Assembly: GCA_944381135.1 (NCBI GenBank)
Contig: CALWJY010000015.1
Coordinates: 227,453-291,452, forward strand
Direction of reading: 5' to 3'
Length of the DNA: 64,000 nucleotides
Origin: an uncultured Clostridia bacterium
GTDB taxonomy: Bacteria; Bacillota; Clostridia; Christensenellales; UBA1242
Numbering within the stretch: the first letter of the stretch is position 1; every line of letters begins with the position of its first letter. Both the position numbers and the translations under genes were made by a program. Shown here in pieces: positions 40,341 to 47,714 of the stretch. Under the pieces are notes generated by a model, which was given only the letters and a program-made list of their open reading frames with translations, was not told where the DNA came from and did no database searches.

Positions 40341-40685
40341 TTATAAACTTCGGTCTTCTTTTGTTCCACGTTTTTTAGGTTTAAATCTATGTTTATGTTG
40401 CCCATTTCCGTTCAAATGGCTCTCAAATCCTATGGACATAGATTTCATAATTCCACTTTGCTTCCGTTTTGGTTCATTAAAAGCCAATGTTTCAATAACT
40501 CTTGGTTCGTTTGAACTTTTGTTATTTGCAGAAACTGTTTCATCATTCAATTTGTCAAAGTCAAAATCTTCCAAATCTTTTTCGCTCACTTTAAACCTCA
40601 TGTTTATGATTTCTGCCTTATGCCTGCACTTTGTGGATTTGTTCGAATGGAAGTTCGACATTGTTTTCTCTTCCAAACATTTCAA
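40341..40685 (-). CDS. small hypothetical protein inserted between nusG and rplK (start uncertain: 40661 or 40601 more likely than 40685)
   Basis: Open frame of 114 codons whose 5' part overlaps the nusG 3' end. The ATG at 40661 has GGAAGAG 8 nt upstream. Product is charged with a basic C-terminus. No family recognised. Confidence 0.35.
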   Translation of the reverse strand: MKCLEEKTMSNFHSNKSTKCRHKAEIINMRFKVSEKDLEDFDFDKLNDETVSANNKSSNEPRVIETLAFNEPKRKQSGIMKSMSIGFESHLNGNGQHKHRFKPKKRGTKEDRSL

Positions 40686-41148
40686 CTGTCACTGTCACAA
40701 GTCCTGCTTCTGCATTCACTGCAACAACGGTTCCAATCATCTTGTCAAGAGGCCCTTCAACAATTTCAACCTTGTCGCCAACTTCAATGTCTGTTTCGAC
40801 CTTAATTTTTTCAAGGCGCATTTTCATCACTTCTTCATCAGTCAGTGCAAGTGGACGCCCTTTTGGTCCAACAAAACCTGTGATGCCACGCGTTCTTGTG
40901 ATGTTATGCCAAAGGTCGTCGCCATAAATCATTTTCACAAGCAAATAGCAAGGCATGCTTTTTCTTGTCACAAGTTTCTTTTTTCCATTCTTTTCTTCAA
41001 TCACATCTTCTTCTGGGATGACAATGTCAAAGATGCGGTCTTGAAGTCCAAATTTTTCAACAACTGTTTCAAGGTTCTCTTTTGCCACATTTTCATATCC
41101 TGAAAAGGTGTGAAGCACATACCATTTTGGTTCTGTTGAATGTTCCAT
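40618..41148 (-). CDS. nusG: transcription termination/antitermination factor NusG
   Basis: KWYVLHTFSGYENVAKENLE NGN domain. C-terminal KOW (VGDKVEIVEGPLDKMIGTV). Confidence 0.96.
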   Translation of the reverse strand: MEHSTEPKWYVLHTFSGYENVAKENLETVVEKFGLQDRIFDIVIPEEDVIEEKNGKKKLVTRKSMPCYLLVKMIYGDDLWHNITRTRGITGFVGPKGRPLALTDEEVMKMRLEKIKVETDIEVGDKVEIVEGPLDKMIGTVVAVNAEAGLVTVTVEMFGRENNVELPFEQIHKVQA

Positions 41149-41185
41149 GTTTTTTCTCCTTAAAATTTTTCAAGCACAAGAGTTT

Positions 41186-41611
41186 TCACATCCAAGTGCC
41201 GTTGATGAGGAGGTTCACAAGTCCTCCAAGCAGATAGTTTAACCCAAATAAGAAAAGTCCAAAAATGACAACAAACGCAATGACAACACCGGTTTTCTTG
41301 ACAACCTCGCCAAAACTTGGCCAAGTCACCTTTTTAAGTTCGGACACGGTTTCTTTTGTCTTTTTGACAATTCCACCTTTCTTTTCTTTTTTCTTGTCCT
41401 TTTTGCTGTCTTTCTTATTGTCTTTTTTGTTTTTGTCTTTAGATGTCTTAGAACTGTCTTTCAAGTCCTGATTTTTTGCAACATTTTTGTTGCTTTTTGC
41501 GTCACTTGTGGCGATTGTGCCTTGCGAGATTTCGTCTTGTTTTGCTTCTTCTTGCAAAGTCATCTGTGCATCAAGATTTTTACGCTTTTTCTTAGACATA
41601 ACATCCTCCAA
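41186..41611 (-). CDS. secE: preprotein translocase subunit SecE with ~80-aa Lys-rich N-terminal extension
   Basis: C-terminal ELKKVTWPSFGEVVKKTGVVIAFVVIFGLFLFGLNYLL is the SecE core. Preceded by KDKNKKDNKKDSKKDKKKEKK low complexity. Confidence 0.85.
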   Translation of the reverse strand: MEDVMSKKKRKNLDAQMTLQEEAKQDEISQGTIATSDAKSNKNVAKNQDLKDSSKTSKDKNKKDNKKDSKKDKKKEKKGGIVKKTKETVSELKKVTWPSFGEVVKKTGVVIAFVVIFGLFLFGLNYLLGGLVNLLINGTWM

Positions 41612-41655
41612 ATTTCAATTTGCTTCCAAAAAGCACAAAAATGACACAATGTGTC

Positions 41656-41817
41656 TTATTTTGTTTCTTTGTGAACAGTGCGTTTTTTGCATCTTGGGCA
41701 ATATTTTTTGATTTCAATTCTTTCCGCATTTGAAGCAGTGTTTTTCTCTGAAGAATAGTTTCTTTCATGACATTCTGTGCATTCAAATGTAATGATTTTG
41801 CGTTTTGGTGCTGCCAT
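41656..41817 (-). CDS. rpmG: 50S ribosomal protein L33 (Cys4 form)
   Basis: Hand translation gives [53 protein letters not shown], with a GGAGAA SD. Below the ORF-track cut-off. Confidence 0.92.
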   Translation of the reverse strand: MAAPKRKIITFECTECHERNYSSEKNTASNAERIEIKKYCPRCKKRTVHKETK

Positions 41818-41871
41818 TTTAATTTCTCCTATACAAAAAAACTAACACCCGAAACTTCAAGTGTCAGACAT

Positions 41872-41900
41872 AATATATCACACAAAAACATTTAAGTCAA
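41872..41900 (-). promoter_or_regulatory. sigma-A type promoter of rpmG-secE-nusG
   Basis: Minus strand TTGACT (41900-41895), 17 nt, TATATT (41877-41872). Confidence 0.55.
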
Positions 41901-41924
41901 GTGTTTTGCGAAATTAAATTGGAA

Positions 41925-42062
41925 ATTTTCAAAGAGTTTTCATAAATCTCCAAAATTTTCATAGATATTTAAATTTTTATAGATTTTAAAATTTTCATAG
42001 GTTTCAAAATTCTCCATAAATTTTTAAAAATATCATAAACTTTCAAAGACATTTTCATTCCG
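41925..42062. repeat. seven degenerate tandem 18-19-bp repeats (AAAATTTTCATARAT-like)
   Basis: The CATA/TATA cores at 41941, 41960, 41978, 41996, 42015, 42034 and 42056 are spaced 19, 18, 18, 19, 19 and 22 bp apart. Confidence 0.6.
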
Positions 42063-42244
42063 TCATTGCTCAAACATTTATCATCAAAAAAATCACTGAC
42101 AATAATAACATGCCAATGATTTTTGTTGTTTTCATTTCATAATTATAATTTTATCTATTTTTTAATTTTTCGTTTCTTGTTTTTTTTGCTTGTTTTTTCT
42201 TTATTCTTTTTCTTTTAATTTAAGTTTTTCTTCAAGAAACCGTC

Positions 42245-42940
42245 TCAGTTTTTTCCCTCACCACCTGCAAATCTTTCCAATTTCAAAAGTGTCGAATTTG
42301 CCTCTTTTCTCTGCTCAATGGTTGGGAAGGAATACATAATCGCCCTGTATCCTTCATAAAGGTGATTTTTTCCGTCTTCTTTTGGATTTAATTCACTTTC
42401 TGGCAAGTTTGCCATGCAAAGAGGTTCTTTTTCTGTTCTCACAATCTCAATTGCGTCAATGTGCTGGATTTTTTTAAGTGCATTGAATAAAATGTTTTCT
42501 CTCACATCCTTAACACAACCAATTGTATGTGCAATTGCCTCTTTGGAAAAATCTCTTGCAATTGCTTTGATTGTTTCTTCATATGTGAACACTCTCGTGT
42601 CATAGACATGTTCTTGACTTGCAACCACTTCCATATAGAATGGCAATGATTCCATGTTGACACTTTCAGGAAAAACTTTTCTTCTGTTCATAACAAACTC
42701 TTCCGTCATATATCTTCCAATCACCATTTGACAAGGTTTTTCATCTCCGCCATTAAGCACAAGGTCTTTGTCCGAAATTGAAAGTGGAGCAAAAAGGTGC
42801 AATCTCTGCGCCCTCATATTCGCAATTTCCTGCCTTCCACAAAGGTGATAGGCACTGAAACCGTCATTTATGGCTGGTGTTGCCAAAAAAGTTTTGCGCA
42901 ATTTTTTGTAAACTTCATTATAAATTTGTTGATTTGTCAT
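42245..42940 (-). CDS. hypothetical protein (231 aa)
   Basis: The ATG at 42940 is preceded by AAGGAGAAAAG and has its own promoter. No family recognised. Confidence 0.65.
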   Translation of the reverse strand: MTNQQIYNEVYKKLRKTFLATPAINDGFSAYHLCGRQEIANMRAQRLHLFAPLSISDKDLVLNGGDEKPCQMVIGRYMTEEFVMNRRKVFPESVNMESLPFYMEVVASQEHVYDTRVFTYEETIKAIARDFSKEAIAHTIGCVKDVRENILFNALKKIQHIDAIEIVRTEKEPLCMANLPESELNPKEDGKNHLYEGYRAIMYSFPTIEQRKEANSTLLKLERFAGGEGKN

Positions 42941-42960
42941 TTTCTTTTCTCCTTGCACAC

Positions 42961-42989
42961 ATTTTAAACCAAATTTCCCCACTTGTCAA
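42961..42989 (-). promoter_or_regulatory. sigma-A type promoter
   Basis: Minus strand TTGACA (42989-42984), 17 nt, TAAAAT (42966-42961), then a 20-nt leader containing the SD. Confidence 0.6.
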
Positions 42990-43017
42990 TACCCTTTTTC
43001 AAATGTAAGTAATGGAA

Positions 43018-43275
43018 GAAGTCATTCTGAGGCGTCCACGATGCTTTTTATTTTCTTTTCATTTTTCCATTCTCTTATGTTTTTAACAAATAACACCAAC
43101 CCCTCGTCATTCTGAGCCGACATTTGAGATTTGCACGAAAGAATGAAAACAACATTCAAAAGTCGTGTCGAAGAATCTTATACTCTCTGTCATTCTGAGC
43201 CAGCCGTCAGGCTGTGTCGAAGAATCTCAGAGACCCAACGGACTTCGCTTAGGGTGACGGCGTCTGTGACGCTTC
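43018..43275. repeat. cluster of GC-rich short palindromic repeats (GTCATTCTGAG / GTGTCGAAGAATCT type)
   Basis: GTCATTCTGAG at 43021, 43106 and 43189. GTGTCGAAGAATCT at 43165 and 43214. Nested hairpins CAGCC-GTCA-GGCTG and GCGTC-TGT-GACGC. Confidence 0.7.
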
Positions 43276-43310
43276 TTAAGTGAATTACAAACAAAAAACT
43301 AAATTTGAGT

Positions 43311-43335
43311 AAGAAAAAAAGTGCCATCGGCACTT
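43311..43335 (-). terminator. rho-independent terminator after the HicB-like gene
   Basis: Minus strand AAGTGCC-GAT-GGCACTT followed by U7. Confidence 0.75.
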
Positions 43336-43358
43336 CATGTTTTATTTAATTTTCAATC

Positions 43359-43640
43359 TTATCGCTCAACCTCAACCACAGTGTCAATCAACATGATGAT
43401 TTCGTTTTTCTTACATCTTGAAACCATCTCTTGAATTTTGCTTGGCGCATTGAAATCGGTTTCATATTTCACCGCATAGGAAAAAAAGACACTCAAAAGG
43501 TCTTTTGCATTCATAAAGGCTTTTGTCACATTTTCGCCGTGTGTATATATGTTGAGGTCTGGAAAAATGACTTGATATGAAGAATCTTCCTCATCTCTGA
43601 CGAAGACCGCCGGATAGATAAACTGCAATTTCTTTTTCAT
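43359..43640 (-). CDS. HicB-like antitoxin-fold protein (orphan)
   Basis: YPAVFVRDEEDSSYQVIFPDLNIYTHGENVTKAFMNAKDLL matches the HicB/UPF0150 N-terminal fold pattern. Start at the ATG at 43640 after TGGAG. Confidence 0.6.
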   Translation of the reverse strand: MKKKLQFIYPAVFVRDEEDSSYQVIFPDLNIYTHGENVTKAFMNAKDLLSVFFSYAVKYETDFNAPSKIQEMVSRCKKNEIIMLIDTVVEVER

Positions 43641-43699
43641 ACAAACTCCAAACAAGTTGATTATATGAATAGTTTATCACAAATTTTTGTAAAAACAAA

Positions 43700-43733
43700 A
43701 TAAAATTAAAAAAAATATCACTTTTTGTGATAT
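43700..43733 (-). terminator. rho-independent terminator after the 69-aa ORF
   Basis: Minus strand ATATCAC-AAAAA-GTGATAT followed by a U-run. Confidence 0.7.
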
Positions 43734-43801
43734 TTTTATGTTTATTAAATTTTTCGACAAATGTTTGCCAAATTTTAGGTTTATAAATTCTCTTGTGCAA
43801 A

Positions 43802-44011
43802 TTAAAATTCTCGAGATTTTCTGTCATCTATTTCTTTCATCATTGCAGAATTGTCAGACACTTGGTTTCCTTTTTCAAAATGGGCCACAGCAGATTTCAC
43901 AGCCTTTGGCTCCATGGCATGTCCAAACATTCCATCTTCTCCAAAGCAAGTCAACTTGGCGCCTGAACCGAAAACATTGTTAAGAAGTTCTTTAACATTT
44001 ACTTTATTCAT
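43802..44011 (-). CDS. small hypothetical protein (69 aa)
   Basis: The ATG at 44011 is preceded by GGAGGTG. It has its own terminator. No family recognised. Confidence 0.5.
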   Translation of the reverse strand: MNKVNVKELLNNVFGSGAKLTCFGEDGMFGHAMEPKAVKSAVAHFEKGNQVSDNSAMMKEIDDRKSREF

Positions 44012-44193
44012 AATACACCTCCGTGTGTTTGTTCCTTTCTTGATGTCCATATCTTAGCACATTTTTTTTGATTTGTAAATACTTTTTTCGAAAATTTTTT
44101 AAAATATTTTTCGCCCCTATTTTTACACATTTTCAGCATATCATTTATTTGTTTTTTCTATATATTTAGTTATTCATACTTAAACATTAGAAC

Positions 44194-44298
44194 GCATCAC
44201 TGATGCCGCAGAATGACGATGAGAAGAGGTTAAATGATAAATCATAAAGAGCGTCATGGACGCCATCACTGATGCCACTGCCACCGTCGTAGACGCCC
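44194..44298. repeat. string of short GC-rich palindromes directly 3' of argS
   Basis: GCATCAC-TGATGC (44194-44206), CAGAATGACG (44209-44218), GCGTC-ATG-GACGC (44251-44263), CATCA-C-TGATG (44264-44274), CGTC-GTA-GACG (44285-44295). Confidence 0.65.
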
Positions 44299-46080
44299 TT
44301 ACATCTTTTCAACGGAATCTATGCCAAGTGTCCAAAGTGCTTTTTCAAGACATTTCTTCACAAGCACGCAAAGAGCAAGCAAACTTCTCTTTTTATGCTC
44401 GTCTTGTTCCGCCAAAATTTTATGATTGTTGTAAAGGGTTGAAAATGCGCTTGCAAGGTCAAACGCCGAAAGACAAAGAGAGTTCATGGAATAGGCGTCA
44501 TACGAAAGTTTGTAGGAAGAATTAAGTTTCAAAATTGCAAGCACAATGTCTCGCTCCTCCTGCGTCTGAACATCCACATTTCCACCCTTGAAATTTGCTT
44601 TTGCAAGGATGGAATTTATGCGCGCAATGGTGTATTGAATGTATGGTCCAGTCTTGCCGTCAAACGAGAGAAATTTGTCTATGTCGAAAACATAATCCTT
44701 TGCCACCGTGTTGGAAAGGTCACCAAATTTCATCGCCCCCACGCCAATTCTGCGGGCAAGTTCGCTGTCTCCAACAATGCCGTTGGACGCAAGTTTCTCT
44801 TCCGCTTTGTCAACAAGAAGATTGACAACCTCTTTCAGCCTCACAACTCCGCCCTCACGCGTTTTGAAAGGCTTGCCGTCACGCCCATTCATTGTGCCAA
44901 AAGCAACATGAGTGAGTTTTTGTTTTTCAGGCGAAATTCCCGCCTTTTTGCAACATCTGAAAACCTGAACAAAGTGCTGAGATTGTCTGTTGTCCGTCAC
45001 ATACACAATTTCGTCTGGCAAAAACTCGCGGTTTCTCATCAAAATGGTTGCAATGTCAGTTGTGGCATAGAGGTCGCCTCCATTATATTTTTTGATGATT
45101 GCAGGTGGCATTGGGTTTTTATATCTCTGAGGTTCGTCCTCGCTCTTCTTTGGAATTGGAATATGCTCGCCCTCTTCGGCCACATCCACAACAAGTGCGC
45201 CCTCACTTTCGCGCGCCAGCCCTTTGTCAACAAAAATTTGAATGGTTTCGTCAATGAAAGGCTCGGCGTCACTTTCACCATAATAGAAATCAAAGGTGGC
45301 GTTGAGAAGTTGATAGTTCTTTTCAATCTCCGCAACTGAAAGAGCGCGAATTTTTTTATAGATTGTATAATATGGTTCAACTCGCTTTTGGATGAAAAGT
45401 GTAAATTCGTCCGCCTGCGCCTTGAAAGTCTCGTCCGTGTCTTTGCGTTTGCTTGCCTTTGGATATTCATCATTCAAAATGTCAAGCGTGATGTGAAATG
45501 TGGAAATGTTTTCAAAGTCCGTCCTTTTTCCGTCAAAAAATTCGTCAAGAAAACCATCCAACTTCAACTGCAAAATTGTCAACCCCATTTGCAAACCATA
45601 GTCTCCCAAGTGGACATCCGCAAGCACTTTGTCTCCCATTGCCATATGCACACGCTTGAGCGCCTCTCCAACAATTGGTGAACGCAAATGCCCAACATGA
45701 AGTTCTTTTGCCACATTTGCCCCGCCATAGTCAAAAAAGATGAAGCGAGGTTTTTCCACCTGTTCCACCCCAAGATGTTTGTCGTGTGCAACCTCATTGC
45801 AAAATTCTGACAATTTTTTGTCAGTCACTTTCACATTGATAAATCCCGGCATAACAGCAGAAAATTCAAAAAAAGCAGTTTTTTTGATGTTTTTTATGAT
45901 TTTTTCAGCCAAATCAATGGGTTTTTCGCCAATTTTCTTTGCTTGCATCATAGCAAAACTTGTTTGATAGTCGCAAAGTTCTGGACGATTTGAAAAGGCA
46001 ATCACAAGCCCACTTTCGTCCAAACCTAATGTTTTGACAGCGTCAGAAATCAGTGCTGTGATTTCATCTTTAATGTTCAT
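44299..46080 (-). CDS. argS: arginine--tRNA ligase
   Basis: HIGH motif ELHVGHLRS, class I architecture, C-terminal anticodon-binding domain. Start at the ATG at 46080 after GGAGAAAAAC. Confidence 0.93.
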   Translation of the reverse strand: MNIKDEITALISDAVKTLGLDESGLVIAFSNRPELCDYQTSFAMMQAKKIGEKPIDLAEKIIKNIKKTAFFEFSAVMPGFINVKVTDKKLSEFCNEVAHDKHLGVEQVEKPRFIFFDYGGANVAKELHVGHLRSPIVGEALKRVHMAMGDKVLADVHLGDYGLQMGLTILQLKLDGFLDEFFDGKRTDFENISTFHITLDILNDEYPKASKRKDTDETFKAQADEFTLFIQKRVEPYYTIYKKIRALSVAEIEKNYQLLNATFDFYYGESDAEPFIDETIQIFVDKGLARESEGALVVDVAEEGEHIPIPKKSEDEPQRYKNPMPPAIIKKYNGGDLYATTDIATILMRNREFLPDEIVYVTDNRQSQHFVQVFRCCKKAGISPEKQKLTHVAFGTMNGRDGKPFKTREGGVVRLKEVVNLLVDKAEEKLASNGIVGDSELARRIGVGAMKFGDLSNTVAKDYVFDIDKFLSFDGKTGPYIQYTIARINSILAKANFKGGNVDVQTQEERDIVLAILKLNSSYKLSYDAYSMNSLCLSAFDLASAFSTLYNNHKILAEQDEHKKRSLLALCVLVKKCLEKALWTLGIDSVEKM

Positions 46081-46156
46081 GTTTTTCTCCAAATTTAAGT
46101 TTTTTCATAAATTTACAAGCATTATATCACAAACATACAGAAAAAACAAATAAAAT

Positions 46157-46196
46157 GCATCACTGATGCCAATGCCACCCGTCCGTGACGCCCGCC
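46157..46196. repeat. copy of the GC-rich palindromic 3' module directly after the recR stop
   Basis: GCATCACTGATGCCAATGCCACCCGTCCGTGACGCCCGCC aligns with 44263-44298 (CCATCACTGATGCCACTGCCACCGTCGTAGACGCCC). Confidence 0.65.
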
Positions 46197-46790
46197 TTAA
46201 ATTTCTTGACGGCTTTTCAACGCCTTTTCAAGTGTCACTTCATCGGCAAATTCAATGTCGCTTCCAATTGAAATGCCTTGTGCAAGACGCGTCACTTTCA
46301 CGCCCATAGGTTTGAGAAGTTTTGCAACATACATCGCCGTTGCCTCGCCTTCAACATCCGGGTTGGTTGCCATAATCACCTCTTGAACGCCGTTTTTCTG
46401 CACACGTGCAAGCAGTTCCTTGATTCGAATGTCATTTGGTCCTTTGTTTTCAAGCGGATTTATGCACCCAAACAGCACATGATAGACCCCATCAAAACTC
46501 TTAACTTTTTCCATGGAAATGATGTCCTTTGGCTCTTGCACCACACAAATCAGTTTTTGATTTCTTCGCTGACAAATTGGACAAATTTCGCTGGCGGAAT
46601 AGTTCCCGCACTCCTTGCAAAGTCTCACTTTTTCTTTCACATCCACAATTGCTTTGGCAAAATTTTCCGCTTTTTCTTTGCTGTTTTCAATGATGTGAAA
46701 AGCATAACGTTGGGCAGTTTTCTTGCCAACACCCGGAAGCGAACGGAAATATTCAATCAGTCTTTCAATTGGTTCTTCAAATTCACTCAT
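46197..46790 (-). CDS. recR: recombination protein RecR
   Basis: LIEYFRSLPGVGKKTAQRYAFHI HhH, CxxC...CxxC zinc finger, Toprim domain. Confidence 0.96.
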   Translation of the reverse strand: MSEFEEPIERLIEYFRSLPGVGKKTAQRYAFHIIENSKEKAENFAKAIVDVKEKVRLCKECGNYSASEICPICQRRNQKLICVVQEPKDIISMEKVKSFDGVYHVLFGCINPLENKGPNDIRIKELLARVQKNGVQEVIMATNPDVEGEATAMYVAKLLKPMGVKVTRLAQGISIGSDIEFADEVTLEKALKSRQEI

Positions 46791-46823
46791 CTTTGTCAGT
46801 TAAATCCTTTTAAAATCAATTCG

Positions 46824-47225
46824 TCAACAAGTTTTTTTGCTTTCCAAATCTTCAACAGGGATTGCATATCTTGAAGAAATGTCTTTCAATCTTTCTTCAA
46901 AAGAAACAAAATTTCCTTTGCTGTCAATGTGTTTAGCCCAATTCAAGATGTCAAGAAACTTGCTTTGATATGGACTTTTTGCGACACCATGAAAAGAAAC
47001 TTCTTTCCAATGAACATAGCCTTGTTTTTTCAGAAATTCTTCTCCCACTTTGTTGTGAAGAGAATAATTTTCCTTTTCAAGAAATGCATATCCAATGTCG
47101 TGCAAAAGTCCCAAAAGATAAAGATCATCGGCTTCTTGCTGAGAAAAACCTTTCTCCAAAGCGAACTTTCTCATAAGTTCTGCCACAGCCCAAATATGCT
47201 TCTTTCTGTTGTCGTCAATCGTCAA
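46824..47225 (-). CDS. small HD-domain protein (TTG start)
   Basis: H...LLGLLHDIGY HD motif. 133 aa. Lies between ybaB and recR. Confidence 0.75.
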   Translation of the reverse strand: MTIDDNRKKHIWAVAELMRKFALEKGFSQQEADDLYLLGLLHDIGYAFLEKENYSLHNKVGEEFLKKQGYVHWKEVSFHGVAKSPYQSKFLDILNWAKHIDSKGNFVSFEERLKDISSRYAIPVEDLESKKTC

Positions 47226-47241
47226 ATTCTCTCACATTTCC

Positions 47242-47553
47242 TTACATTATGTTTGGAAGTTTTGACCGCTCGTCAGCGGTGATTTTTGAAATGCAGTCAT
47301 TGACAGCAGACACCACCAAATCTTCCAACATTTCAACATCGTCTGGGTCCACAACCTCTTTCTTAATTCTGACCGCTTTCACAGTTTTGTTTCCAAGCAT
47401 TGTCACTTCAACCATGCCTCCACCCACAGAAGAGGTGTATTCCGTGCTGTCAATTTCTTCACGAATTCTCTTCATGTCCTCTTGCATTTTTTGTGCTTGG
47501 CGCATAAGTTGTTGCATGTTGCCACCGCCAAAACCACCAAATCCGTATGCCAT
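47242..47553 (-). CDS. ybaB: nucleoid-associated protein YbaB/EbfC
   Basis: NMQQLMRQAQKMQEDMKRIREEI...GGGMVEVTMLG. Confidence 0.95.
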   Translation of the reverse strand: MAYGFGGFGGGNMQQLMRQAQKMQEDMKRIREEIDSTEYTSSVGGGMVEVTMLGNKTVKAVRIKKEVVDPDDVEMLEDLVVSAVNDCISKITADERSKLPNIM

Positions 47554-47714
47554 AATTTCTCCCTCACTTTTTTTAATTTTTATTTAAATTTAATCAAGCC
47601 TCAACAAAACAACAAAAATTTTGCATTTTTAATACTTTTTTCTTAGAATTTTTCCGATTTTTTATTATTTTTTTGATTTTTTAACATTTTTTTGCACTCT
47701 AAAGTTTAAACAAA

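Noticed and set aside
43802-44011. The 69-aa ORF as the HicA toxin partner of the HicB-like gene.
   Set aside because: It has no HicA-like sequence (no dsRBD-type G-S-H motif). It is separated from the HicB-like gene by 146 bp that include its own rho-independent terminator.
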